From an uncultured Bacteroidales bacterium (GTDB lineage: Bacteria; Bacteroidota; Bacteroidia; Bacteroidales; CAIXZF01): a stretch of DNA of 64,000 bases. Numbering within the stretch: the stretch's first letter is position 1; each line of letters begins with the position of its first letter. Made by a program: the position numbers and the translations under genes. This document shows positions 1-10,070 of the stretch, piece by piece. The DNA is taken from positions 6,974 through 70,973 of the forward strand of contig CAZSDK010000020.1 of the NCBI GenBank assembly GCA_964605655.1, read 5' to 3'. The notes beneath the pieces were generated by a model. The model was not told the DNA's origin. It saw nothing but the letters and a program-made list of their open reading frames with translations, and did no database searches.

Positions 1-3000
1 TATTCCCAAAGGGCTCCTGTTGTATAGAAGTAGGTGAGAGTGCTGTCGAAATCATCTATGAATGGGACCACGAAGGTGGGAATCCCGAAGAGGTTGACTT
101 TGGTGGTATCGTTCAGATGGTTGGCGTCGTCAAGCAGGTCGGAATAGATTTTAATAGTATAGCTTCCGTTAGGCACGAAGTACAAATTAGTAAAACCGTA
201 GTGGATGCTGTCACCAGGTTTCATCATTCCATTCCATGTCTCCGTAACGACTGGCTGGTTGGCTACCTGATATTTGATCTGGGTGGTGTAGATCGTATCC
301 ATCCCAAAGTTATTCAGCCTTACATCGATGGCCAGGTTGGTACCGGCATTGTGAATTCCCTGGGGAGCATATACGTGATCAACACCTGCGTCGATATGGT
401 ACGGAATGGTGATCTGGAACTCATCAATAGCAGTACCTGTATATTGCACAGATCCATCGGAAGTAAATACAAAGCGGAATCGGACCTGTCCAGATTGGTT
501 GAAAGCGGAAAGAAGGTAGGTTGCTTTTTTCCAGCCGTTTGAGCTTCCTGCCCAGGCAGGCTGGCTGGAACTGTAAATGTTGTTGGTGTACCAGTTGGTA
601 GCCAGGGGATCTCCTATTGAACCCAGGATATTCCATGAGGTTCCTCCATCCGTGCTGTATTCCAGTCGCGTGCCGTCATAGCTGGTCTCCGTGTTACTGT
701 TGTACCAGAAGGAAAGTTTAGCGTTGATGGCATTTGAAAAGTCGAAGAACTGGGTGGTCAGGATGCAACTTGCATTGGCGGTATAGGAACCCATGTTCAG
801 GTTGGTAGCCCATACCTTGGGTGGTGAGACTGCTGTGTTGGGGAAATTGCTGGAAGATACATTGCCAAGGATCCAATCGGTACCCCCAGCAGGAGTGGCA
901 ATAAAATCAGTTGGACCATCGAAGTTGTCATAAAAAGGCAGGGTATCCATGGGTATCCCATATATTTCCCTGCACAAGGTATCGTTGTATGCATTAGAAT
1001 CGTTGACGAGGTCGACCCAGGCACAGAGTTGATGGGAGCCGGCAGGCCAGGCAATGGCAGGGAAGGTGATCAGAACGGTCCCGTTGGAAAGAATGGGAGT
1101 AGAATAGGTTTGTATTACAGCTGGCTGGTTGTCAAGCCTGTACCCGATATCAACGCTGTTGATGACATTGAGACCCGGGTTTTTAATATTCACCTGGCAG
1201 GAAGTATTGAGGCCAGCAGGATAGGTGGGTGGGGGAGCCACAAAGTTCTTCATGGCAGCATCAATAGCAAGCTGGGGCATGATGAGGGCATTATAATCCT
1301 CGGTCTCACCGTAACTGTAGATACCACAGGGATGGACATTGAGTTGTGAACTGGTCTCCACCAGGACGACCCTCATCCTTGTCAGCCCGAGCAATGCAGT
1401 CACTGGTACATCCAGGGTTCCGGTGATGATCATATTGGAAGAAGTGTTGGGACCACTGGTAAATGCAGTCTCCGTTGCTTCATCAAAAATACCGTCGTAG
1501 TTCCAGTCGATAAAGATCTTAGCGCATACTGCGGTGAAGGAGGCTGAATAGATCGGACTGATGGTAACATCGTAAGTTTGGGCACGGGTAAACACCACTG
1601 AATTCAGTGTAGTGAAATTCGTATACAGGTTAATACTGCTGGAGTTGTTAAGAGTAGGCAAAGCATTGCCGTTGTTGAGGTTACTGACGGTAACATTACC
1701 GATATCTGATCCATAGGTATAATCTGCTCTTGAGAGGCAGTAAGGATACATGCTGTTGGTGACCGTAGCTGATGCTGTATCGTTCACATGATTGGCATCA
1801 AGAGGCACGTCCAGCCATGTTTTAATAAGGTAGGTCCCGAAAGCCGAGAGGTTGGCAGGGGTATTAAAGGTATAGGTGACCGTGTCACCTGGATTTAGAA
1901 CCGCACTGAAGGTATCGGTAACGGGTGCCTGGCCGTTGATGGAATACTTGATCGGGAAGTTGGTCATAAGCGAGGTCCCGTAGTTCCTGATTCTTGATTT
2001 AACGATCATGGCGTTGGTCAGGTTTACCCCGGAGACGGGGGCAACCACTGCCAGGGTAGATCCGTCGAAGGGTGGTGCCGCACCCACGTAGACGGTGTCA
2101 TTCGACCTGGGACCAATACAACCGTTGGTGCCGGTAGCCTGAGGATAATAAATGGTGGTACCGTAAAGAAGCGGAGTTGTATAATTGGGTCCCGTTGCGA
2201 TGGGGGTCCCTCCGGTCGGCACGTCATACCATGAAATGGAATAAGGTGAGGTGGCGGTGATGGTGGTGCTGTTGCCGTAGTTGATGAGCGTTGAGGTTAC
2301 CCCGGGTGCCAGTGGCAAAGCTTTCGACTGTACCACTTTTACAAGGGTGTCATCATCATGGTTGGGATCACCGGTCAGGGTGACCCAGACTTTCACGTTG
2401 TAATTCACGTCCACACCTACAGTGCTCAGGTCAATAAGATTGGTAAAAGTAAAAGTAAGTGAGTCATTAGGCATAATGATACCAGGAACAGGTTCTGTGG
2501 TAACAGGGGCAGAAGGGCTTCTTCTGAAACTGGCGGTAAGGTTCCCGTTTATGGGATTGAGTCCGTTGTTCACAATCGTCACTCTCACCGTATCATATCC
2601 CAAACCGCAGCCGCTGATGGTCGGGTTCAGTATTCTTCCTATGGCAGCGTCCTGGGCAGCAGGAAGTTTAATCGAGAAGTCATCGATGGAGAACCCGTCG
2701 TATTGAATTGAGCCATCGGCAGTGAAAATGAAACGGAACCTGACCTGTCCGGCTACATTGTTAAGAAGGCTCAAGCGGTATTTACATTTCTTCCAGCCAT
2801 TGGTCGGGCCTCCGGCCCAGGCAGGTTGATTCGAGCTGTAAATGGAGTAGGTGTACCAGTTGGTGGCCAGGGGGTCCCCAATAGTTCCTAAAAGGTTCCA
2901 GGTGGTGCCGTTGGTGGTATACTCCAGCCTGGTACCATCATAACTGGTCTCAGTGTAATAATTGATCCAGAATGACATTCTGGCGTCCACTGCATTGGAA

Positions 3001-4172
3001 AAGTCGAAAACCGGGGAAGTAAGAATACAATAGGCACTTGCACCATATACGGTACTCAGGTTTACATCCCAGGCGTTGGGCGGTGTATGGGCGTTGTTGG
3101 TGGAATTGTAACTGGGCGTACCCAGCTCCCAGGTGGAGCTCTGGTTAGTTCCGCCGTAACTGGGTGTCCATAAGTTGGTGATGATATCGAAGGGATCATA
3201 AAAGGGGAAGGTAATACCCCCGAAGGCCTTAAACTGAATACAACTGGAAGTGGGGTTGATAGCCCAGTTGTGTGCAATGGAATTATCATAGGCCTTAACA
3301 TACCAGCATACACTGTCTGAATCACTCACCATAGGCAGAACTGCTTTCATGGTGTCCAAACCAAGGTGTATCATACCGGCAGTGTCAGCCGGGCCGTTAT
3401 TCACTGAATAGATCACATAAGCAGTGTCGATACCACTCTGGTCCTGTATTTTGGCTTTGATGGTGAATGGTCCGAGGCTGTAAATAACACCCTGGGGATA
3501 TGGATTTAAAAGGGTGATCACCGGCGGGATCAGTTCTGAAGGCGCCATGGTTACCTTGATGTTATCGAGGTACCAGCCTTTGTTTGAGTTGGGGCCGGGG
3601 TTACCTCCGTCGGCGAGTTTGAAACGGATCTTAGCATTGGTAACATTGCCCACATAGGACGAAATATCAAAAGTTTCTGCTCTCCACCAGGTGTTCTGAG
3701 GGAGGGCCGTATTGCTTGAAGGTTGCCAAAGCCCTGCATAAGAACTCGCATTGAAACGGTTCCCATTGACCGTATATTGGCCTGTCCCCATATAAAAGCT
3801 TCCGGAAACGACAGACCAGGTATTTCCGTCATCATTGGAAACCTCAATGGTAGCAATATCCAGGTAATCGACCTTGCAGATCTGGGAAAAATTCAGAATG
3901 ACATAGGTATTACCAACGGTATTGAATGATGGAGAAGTCATATAAACCGTTGTTCCGGTCTTCACCTGGCAGGAGTCGGAACGCAGGCTCGTGGCAGTGT
4001 AATGCAGGCGGGTGTTAATGTTCCAGGTAAAGGTTCCTGAAGGAGTATTGGAGTAGGTCATACTATCATCAAGACTGGGCAACTCAAAATCTTCATGAAA
4101 CACCACCACCTGCCCTTTTAATCCTACAACAGACAGAAACAAGGCCAATATGAGGAAAGAAATTTTATTCAT
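1..4172 (-). CDS. Giant secreted multidomain surface protein, partial (N-terminal ~1390 aa; the C-terminus lies beyond the window edge). Tandem paralog of 4206..9773.
   Basis: It is absent from the ORF track because it has no stop inside the window. The minus-strand frame is open from the ATG at 4172 (hand translation MNKISFLILALFLSVVGLKGQVVVFHEDFELPSLDDSMTY...) down to position 1. No ORF of 60 aa or more is reported in that frame over 4 kb. The translation aligns colinearly, at roughly 80-85% aa identity by eye, with residues 1 to ~1340 of the neighbouring 1855-aa protein, with a constant offset of about 5600 nt. Confidence 0.8.
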   Translation of the reverse strand, partial: MNKISFLILALFLSVVGLKGQVVVFHEDFELPSLDDSMTYSNTPSGTFTWNINTRLHYTATSLRSDSCQVKTGTTVYMTSPSFNTVGNTYVILNFSQICKVDYLDIATIEVSNDDGNTWSVVSGSFYMGTGQYTVNGNRFNASSYAGLWQPSSNTALPQNTWWRAETFDISSYVGNVTNAKIRFKLADGGNPGPNSNKGWYLDNIKVTMAPSELIPPVITLLNPYPQGVIYSLGPFTIKAKIQDQSGIDTAYVIYSVNNGPADTAGMIHLGLDTMKAVLPMVSDSDSVCWYVKAYDNSIAHNWAINPTSSCIQFKAFGGITFPFYDPFDIITNLWTPSYGGTNQSSTWELGTPSYNSTNNAHTPPNAWDVNLSTVYGASAYCILTSPVFDFSNAVDARMSFWINYYTETSYDGTRLEYTTNGTTWNLLGTIGDPLATNWYTYSIYSSNQPAWAGGPTNGWKKCKYRLSLLNNVAGQVRFRFIFTADGSIQYDGFSIDDFSIKLPAAQDAAIGRILNPTISGCGLGYDTVRVTIVNNGLNPINGNLTASFRRSPSAPVTTEPVPGIIMPNDSLTFTFTNLIDLSTVGVDVNYNVKVWVTLTGDPNHDDDTLVKVVQSKALPLAPGVTSTLINYGNSTTITATSPYSISWYDVPTGGTPIATGPNYTTPLLYGTTIYYPQATGTNGCIGPRSNDTVYVGAAPPFDGSTLAVVAPVSGVNLTNAMIVKSRIRNYGTSLMTNFPIKYSINGQAPVTDTFSAVLNPGDTVTYTFNTPANLSAFGTYLIKTWLDVPLDANHVNDTASATVTNSMYPYCLSRADYTYGSDIGNVTVSNLNNGNALPTLNNSSSINLYTNFTTLNSVVFTRAQTYDVTISPIYSASFTAVCAKIFIDWNYDGIFDEATETAFTSGPNTSSNMIITGTLDVPVTALLGLTRMRVVLVETSSQLNVHPCGIYSYGETEDYNALIMPQLAIDAAMKNFVAPPPTYPAGLNTSCQVNIKNPGLNVINSVDIGYRLDNQPAVIQTYSTPILSNGTVLITFPAIAWPAGSHQLCAWVDLVNDSNAYNDTLCREIYGIPMDTLPFYDNFDGPTDFIATPAGGTDWILGNVSSSNFPNTAVSPPKVWATNLNMGSYTANASCILTTQFFDFSNAINAKLSFWYNSNTETSYDGTRLEYSTDGGTSWNILGSIGDPLATNWYTNNIYSSSQPAWAGSSNGWKKATYLLSAFNQSGQVRFRFVFTSDGSVQYTGTAIDEFQITIPYHIDAGVDHVYAPQGIHNAGTNLAIDVRLNNFGMDTIYTTQIKYQVANQPVVTETWNGMMKPGDSIHYGFTNLYFVPNGSYTIKIYSDLLDDANHLNDTTKVNLFGIPTFVVPFIDDFDSTLTYFYTTGALWE

Positions 4173-4205
4173 TACAGATGTCAATTAACGTTTATAATCA
4201 TTCTT

Positions 4206-7200
4206 TTAGCGGGTGACTACCATTTTCTTTACGATCTTTTTCTGGTCGAAGATCACGTAATAATAATACACTCCTGGTTGCCATTTATCAGTTTCCAGGG
4301 TGATCAGATGTTCTCCTTCCGTGAGTTTCTTTTCCATTCTCCAGATCGACTGCCCGAGGGTATTCAGGACTTCAAACCTGAGATCACCGGCTTTTGGGAG
4401 GTTCACCATAATGTCAGTCCTGCCTTCGGTCGGATTGGGCATGTTTTGGGAGACATAGAATTGGTCAGTAGCATTTTCAGGAAGCCACAGATAGAGTTCT
4501 TCCAGTTTGGAGCACAGGGTGTCGTTCTTACGATATCCGTCATCCCCAAAGTCGGAAAAGGCACACAGGTAATAATAACCCAGGTAATCGTATGCGTATC
4601 TGTGTTGAAAATCATACTGAACTGAATCTCCTGGATCCAAAGCCGGGTTAAGGCTCAACAACTCATTCACCACGAGCATGGTGTCTGCTATGGTGTATCC
4701 GACAGGAATTTCAGTGACCGGATTCAGTCCCACATTTTTTATCATCACCTTAACGGTAGTGGAGTCTCCGTGAATGGTCTGGTTGATGGGGTTAATGATA
4801 CGGCTCACCAGTATGTCAAAATCAGGGGATATGGCGATCAGGCTGCTGCAGCTGGTATCGTTGTTGAAATAGGTGTCAAGCGGCAGATCAGTGAAGGCAC
4901 AGAGGTAATAATTGGTGAGAGGTGCAGGATAAGGAGGGAAGGTGTAGTTGACCGAATTATCAGGGTACAGCGTGCCGGTCCAGTTACCCACATTCACTGT
5001 GACTCCGTTGATCTGGTATTTCACTGGTATGGTGTACAGGGTGTCGGTACCAAAATTCTTGATCCTGACCGTTACCAGGATATCAGTTCCATACGTGGTT
5101 TGGCCTACAGGCTGTATGATGGATGTCACCCCTGCATCTTTCGGGATCTTGGGTGAGGTAAGTCTGAAGTCATCGATAGCCCATCCTGCAGCCACTGTAT
5201 TGGGGTATATTACGGTAAAAGTGAAACGGAATTGGGTCGGTTGGGCAAAGTCAGTGATCACTGTAAGGTCGTAAGCTGATTTGTGCCATCCGGGGACGCC
5301 ACCATTGCCACTCCAGCCGACGATGTTGTTGGTGTACCAGTTTACGGCAAAAGGATCGCCCATCCATCCCAGTTTTTTCCACCCTGTGGTACTCAGGTAT
5401 TCGATCATTCCTCCGTCATCAGCCTGAGTCTCAACCCAATGATAAAATGTCAACGAATCATAACCGGAAGTAACAAAATCAAACATGGGGGAATAGAGGA
5501 AGTCCAACTGTCCGGTCCGGATATAGTTTCCGTCCAGGTTGGTTTTCCAGCAGAAAGGAGGTGAAAGAGCGTAATTAATGTTACTGTTCGTCGGAAGTCC
5601 GTGTTCCCACTGGGTGCCAATGGGGTACCAGTAAGAAAGGGTAGAGTCAAAGCTGTCCTCGTAGGGTGGAATAAACGTAGGTATACCAAAAAGATTGATC
5701 TTGGTAGTGTCATTCAGATGGTTCTGTTCATTCAGCAGGTCGGAATATACGGTGAGTGTATAGTTTCCTTCAGGCACGCTGTATGGATTGGTGAACTGGT
5801 ATAAGGTGGAGGCTCCGGGGTTCAGGGTTCCGAGCCAGGTTTCCACGGTTGGTACCATGTTGTTGATCTTATATTTGATATCCACCTGGTGGAGGGTGTC
5901 GCTGCCGAAGTTCACCAGCCTGACCAGGGGTGCCTGCTGGGTGAAGGCAACAGCCGTTCCGATAGGTGAAAGGATGGAATCCACGCCGGCATCGTTGGGA
6001 TAGGGTACGGTGATCTGGAAATCGTCGATAGCCATTCCATTGTAGATTCCCGAGCCATCGCTGTTGAAGAGGAACCGGAATCTCATGGTGCCGGCCATAT
6101 TGAAATTGGAGAGGAGATAAGTCGCCTTGATCCAGCCATTAGAATTACCTGCCCAGGCAGGCTGGTTGGTGCTGTAAATCGTGTTGGTGTACCAGTTGAT
6201 GCCCAGCGGATCACCGACCGATCCCAGCAAATTCCAGGTGATCCCTCCGTCAAGGCTATATTCCAGCCTTGTACCATCGTAATAAAATTCGGTGTTATAA
6301 TTCATCCAGAAGGAGAGCTTGGCATTGATCGCAGTGGTAAAGTCAAAGATCTGGGTGGTGAGTATACAATTGGCGTTGTTAGTATATCCGCCCGAAATAT
6401 TGAGGTTGGTCGCCCAGACATCGGGTGCGGAATGGGCCGTGGCGGGGAATCCTGCTGTGGGTGCACCGTGGATCCAGTTGGTGCCAGTCGATGAAGATGC
6501 CGTAAATTTGACCACTCCGTCAAAATTGTCATAATAGGGAAGACTGTCAACCGGAACACCGATAACCGTTTTGCAAAGGGTGTCGTTGTAAGAATTGGAA
6601 TCGTTTAAAAGCACGACCCAGGCACAAACATTATGAGTGCCCGTGGGCCAGGTTATAGCGGGGAAGATGATATTTGCCGTTGTATTGGTCGGAATGGGAG
6701 TGTTATAAGCAAGATTTACCGTAGGGTTGTTGTCCAGGCGGTAGAAAACATGAAGGCTGTCTATTGCGTTGAGCCCTACGTTTTTTATGATCACTTCACA
6801 AGGTGTGGTGGTGCCCTGGGGGTAGGAAACCGCAGGAGTTACAATGTTGGTCATGGCAGCATCAAAGGGCAGCTGCGGCATGATCATGGCATTGTAGTCT
6901 TCAGTCTCTCCGTAATTATAGATTCCGCATGGGTGAACATCAAGCAGGGAGTATGTCTGGTTCAGCACCACCCTGAAGCGTGTCAGCCCAAGATGAGCCG
7001 TAACAGGGACAGCGATCACCCCGGTGAAGTTGGTATTGGAGGAGGTGGTTGGTCCTCCCGAGAATGCTGTTTCGGTGGCTTCATCAAAAACCCCGTCGTA
7101 ATTCCAGTCAATGAAGACCTTGGCATAGCAGGTCACATGAGAAGACTGGTAGATGGTCTTAATGGTGATATTATAGGTCTGGCCACGGGATAAGACAACA

Positions 7201-9773
7201 GGTGTCAGATTGGTGAAATTAGTATACAGGTTGACACTGTTGGCATTCCCCGTAGTGGGATAAGGATTTCCATTGTTCAGGTTGCTGATGGTCACATTTC
7301 CGATGTCAGAGTCCCAGGTATAGTCGGCCCTGGAGGTACAGTAGGGGTACATATTATTGGTGACCAGGGCTGTCACCGTATCATTCACATGGTTGGCATC
7401 ACCGGTCACCTCAAGCCAAACTTTGAAGTTATAGTTTCCAAAGGCCGAAAGGTTGGCAGGTGTGGTAAAGGTATAGGTGATGGTATCGCTGGGGTTCAGC
7501 ACGGCAGTATAGGTTTCCGAAACCGGGGCCTGGCCGTTGATGGAATATTTCATCAGGAAGTTGGTCATGGGAGAAGTACCATAGTTCCTGATCCTTGCCT
7601 TCACTATTTCAGTATTAGTAAGGTTGATACCTGTCACCGGGGCAATAAATGCCAGGGTGGAACCGTCGAAGGGGGGAGCAGCACCAACAAACACGGTGTC
7701 TTGTGCCCTGGGCCCCGTACATCCGTTGGGCGCGGTAGCCTGCGGGTAATAGATAGTGGTGCCGTACAAAAGCGGGGTTATATAAGTAGGTCCGGTCGAC
7801 AGTGAGGTACCACCCGTGGGTACAGGGTACCAGGTGATGGTATTGTTGGGAGAAATGGCCGTAATGGTGGCACTGTTCCCGTAGTTGATGGAAACCGAAC
7901 TGACCGTTGGGGCCGGGGGCACTGCCAGTGAAGTGATGGCCTTGACCAGGGTATCGTCGCCATGATTGGGATCTCCGTTAAGGTTGGTCCAGACTTTAAT
8001 ATTATAGGTAACATCATTGGCTCCTGTACTCAGGTTGATCAAGGTGGAAAAGGTATATAAGAGCGAATCATTGGGCATGATGGTGCCGGTAACCGGTTCG
8101 GTAACGATGGGTGAGGCCGGATCCCGCTGATAGCTGACTGTCAGGTTGCCGTTGATAGGATTCAGTCCGTTGTTCACTATTTTAACTCTTACAGTATCAT
8201 TACCCAGTCCGCAACCACCCAGGCTCGGACCCAGAATCTTTCCCATTCCTGCATCCTGGGGTGAAGGCAGGACAATAGAGAAATCATCAATGGAGAAACC
8301 GTCGATGTTATAGGATGCGTCGGCATTGAAAATAAAACGGAAACGTACTTGACCAACCGCATTATTCAACATGCTCAGCCTGATCTTACTCATTTTCCAT
8401 CCGCCGGAATTGCCTTCCCAGGCAGGCTGGTTAGTGGCGTTGATGGTAGCTGAGTACCAATTTATGGCACCGGGGAACCCGATGCTTCCCAGAAGATTCC
8501 ATGTGGTGCCGTTGGTAGTATACTCCAACCGCGTACCGTCCCATCCATCTTCCGTGTTATAATTTAACCAGAAGGACATTCGGGCGTCCACCGCGTTCGA
8601 AAAGTCGAATACAGGGGAGGTGAGGATACAATAGGCACTGCTGGCATAGGCAGAGCTGAGGTTGACATCCCAGGCGTTGGGTGGTGAATGGGTGCTGTTG
8701 GTCGCACCAAAATTGGGTGTTCCCAGTTGCCAGGTGGAATTCTGGTTGGAACCTCCGTAACTGGGCGTCCATAAATTGGTTACTATGTCAAATGGGTCAT
8801 AGAAGGGGAAGGTGATACCACCATACGCTTTAAACTTGATACAACTTGTGGTGGGATTCACCGCCCAGTTGTGGGCAAGCGAATTATCGATGGCTTTGAC
8901 ATACCAGCAAACGCTGTCTGAATCAGAAACCATGGGAAGGACTGCTTTCATGGTATCCAGTCCGAGGTGGACCATTCCTGCCGTGTCGTCCGGGCCGTTA
9001 TTGATTGAATAAACAACAAAAGCCGTATCAATGCCACTCTGGTCCTGTATCTTTGCCTTGATAGTAAAAGGTCCCAGGCTGTAAAGAATGGATTGAGGGT
9101 AAGGATTGAGAAGGGTGATCACGGGAGGGATCAGCTCGGAAGGGGCCATGGTGACCTTGAGATTATCAAGGTACCATCCTTTATTCGAGTTGGGACCGGG
9201 GTTACCTCCGTCGGCAAGTTTGAAACGGACCCTGGCATTGGTAACATTGCCCACATAGGAAGAGATGTCAAAAGTTTCTGCTCTCCACCAGGTATTCTGG
9301 GGAAGGGCTGTGTTGCTGGAAGGCTGCCAAAGCCCGGCATAGGAACTGGCGTTAAACCGGTTTCCGTTGACCGTATATTGGCCGGTCCCCATATAGTAGG
9401 TTCCGGATACAACCGACCAGGTATTCCCGTTGTCATTCGAGGCCTCAATCGTGGCAATATCCAGGTAATCGACCTTGCATATCTGAGAGAAACTGAACAG
9501 TACGTATGTATTACCAACAGTGCTGAACGATGGTGAGGTCAGATATACCGTCGTTCCTGTCTTTACCTGGCACGAATCCGATCGAAGGCTGCCTGCCGTA
9601 TAATGCAGACGCGTATTGATCCCCCAGGCGAATCCTGCTGTTGGCGTGGAAAAATAGGAGACACTGTCATCCAGACTCGGTAACTCAAAATCCTCATGAA
9701 AGACGACAACCTGCCCGAAGGAGGCCATGCCGGTAAGAATTAGGACAACGAAAAAGAGTAAGGTCTTTTTCAT
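4206..9773 (-). CDS. Giant (1855 aa) secreted multidomain surface/adhesin-like protein with a T9SS type A C-terminal sorting domain
   Basis: Signal peptide MKKTLLFFVVLILTGMASFGQ. Four jelly-roll modules of MAM/choice-of-anchor-J-like type share the motif CILT..FDF...A..SFW.NYNTE..DGTRLEY...G.TWNLLGS.G.P..NWY. About six CARDB-like modules carry the motif DAG.......G......V.NFG/NNG...... ending in N..ND. A GEVED-like module ends HPCGIYNYGETEDYNAMI. An Ig-like insert is PAPTVSS..ITWY.VPTGGTSL. The C-terminal ~80 aa (NMPNPTEGRTDIMVNL...GVYYYYVIFDQKKIVKKMVVTR) is typical of a Por secretion tail. Confidence 0.9.
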   Translation of the reverse strand: MKKTLLFFVVLILTGMASFGQVVVFHEDFELPSLDDSVSYFSTPTAGFAWGINTRLHYTAGSLRSDSCQVKTGTTVYLTSPSFSTVGNTYVLFSFSQICKVDYLDIATIEASNDNGNTWSVVSGTYYMGTGQYTVNGNRFNASSYAGLWQPSSNTALPQNTWWRAETFDISSYVGNVTNARVRFKLADGGNPGPNSNKGWYLDNLKVTMAPSELIPPVITLLNPYPQSILYSLGPFTIKAKIQDQSGIDTAFVVYSINNGPDDTAGMVHLGLDTMKAVLPMVSDSDSVCWYVKAIDNSLAHNWAVNPTTSCIKFKAYGGITFPFYDPFDIVTNLWTPSYGGSNQNSTWQLGTPNFGATNSTHSPPNAWDVNLSSAYASSAYCILTSPVFDFSNAVDARMSFWLNYNTEDGWDGTRLEYTTNGTTWNLLGSIGFPGAINWYSATINATNQPAWEGNSGGWKMSKIRLSMLNNAVGQVRFRFIFNADASYNIDGFSIDDFSIVLPSPQDAGMGKILGPSLGGCGLGNDTVRVKIVNNGLNPINGNLTVSYQRDPASPIVTEPVTGTIMPNDSLLYTFSTLINLSTGANDVTYNIKVWTNLNGDPNHGDDTLVKAITSLAVPPAPTVSSVSINYGNSATITAISPNNTITWYPVPTGGTSLSTGPTYITPLLYGTTIYYPQATAPNGCTGPRAQDTVFVGAAPPFDGSTLAFIAPVTGINLTNTEIVKARIRNYGTSPMTNFLMKYSINGQAPVSETYTAVLNPSDTITYTFTTPANLSAFGNYNFKVWLEVTGDANHVNDTVTALVTNNMYPYCTSRADYTWDSDIGNVTISNLNNGNPYPTTGNANSVNLYTNFTNLTPVVLSRGQTYNITIKTIYQSSHVTCYAKVFIDWNYDGVFDEATETAFSGGPTTSSNTNFTGVIAVPVTAHLGLTRFRVVLNQTYSLLDVHPCGIYNYGETEDYNAMIMPQLPFDAAMTNIVTPAVSYPQGTTTPCEVIIKNVGLNAIDSLHVFYRLDNNPTVNLAYNTPIPTNTTANIIFPAITWPTGTHNVCAWVVLLNDSNSYNDTLCKTVIGVPVDSLPYYDNFDGVVKFTASSSTGTNWIHGAPTAGFPATAHSAPDVWATNLNISGGYTNNANCILTTQIFDFTTAINAKLSFWMNYNTEFYYDGTRLEYSLDGGITWNLLGSVGDPLGINWYTNTIYSTNQPAWAGNSNGWIKATYLLSNFNMAGTMRFRFLFNSDGSGIYNGMAIDDFQITVPYPNDAGVDSILSPIGTAVAFTQQAPLVRLVNFGSDTLHQVDIKYKINNMVPTVETWLGTLNPGASTLYQFTNPYSVPEGNYTLTVYSDLLNEQNHLNDTTKINLFGIPTFIPPYEDSFDSTLSYWYPIGTQWEHGLPTNSNINYALSPPFCWKTNLDGNYIRTGQLDFLYSPMFDFVTSGYDSLTFYHWVETQADDGGMIEYLSTTGWKKLGWMGDPFAVNWYTNNIVGWSGNGGVPGWHKSAYDLTVITDFAQPTQFRFTFTVIYPNTVAAGWAIDDFRLTSPKIPKDAGVTSIIQPVGQTTYGTDILVTVRIKNFGTDTLYTIPVKYQINGVTVNVGNWTGTLYPDNSVNYTFPPYPAPLTNYYLCAFTDLPLDTYFNNDTSCSSLIAISPDFDILVSRIINPINQTIHGDSTTVKVMIKNVGLNPVTEIPVGYTIADTMLVVNELLSLNPALDPGDSVQYDFQHRYAYDYLGYYYLCAFSDFGDDGYRKNDTLCSKLEELYLWLPENATDQFYVSQNMPNPTEGRTDIMVNLPKAGDLRFEVLNTLGQSIWRMEKKLTEGEHLITLETDKWQPGVYYYYVIFDQKKIVKKMVVTR

Positions 9774-10070
9774 AGATATTTTCGTTTTTGGTGAAAATTC
9801 AGTTAACTATAATAAATTTATAAGCAAACACCCTCACCACTCAAGCGATGATTTTCTTTGTAAGTAACCGAAAACCAACGCAATGATGAGCTATTCGCTA
9901 TATTCACTTCTGATATATAACTACAAAACAATAAAAGAGGATAAAGTTACAACTTTCCCCTGACATAATACAAGCTTATTTTAACACAATGATAGACTGA
10001 ACGGATTCAAACAGGGTTGCCTTGATCAGCGACAGATTAACAAGTCTTTGTTAAATTTTTCCTGGGCAGA

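Noticed and set aside
1-4172. Interpreting the left 4 kb as non-coding or decayed, because the track lists only short ORFs there
   Set aside because: The short ORFs are all in other frames. The minus frame from 4172 is continuously open and colinear with the intact paralog, so it is a real edge-truncated gene.
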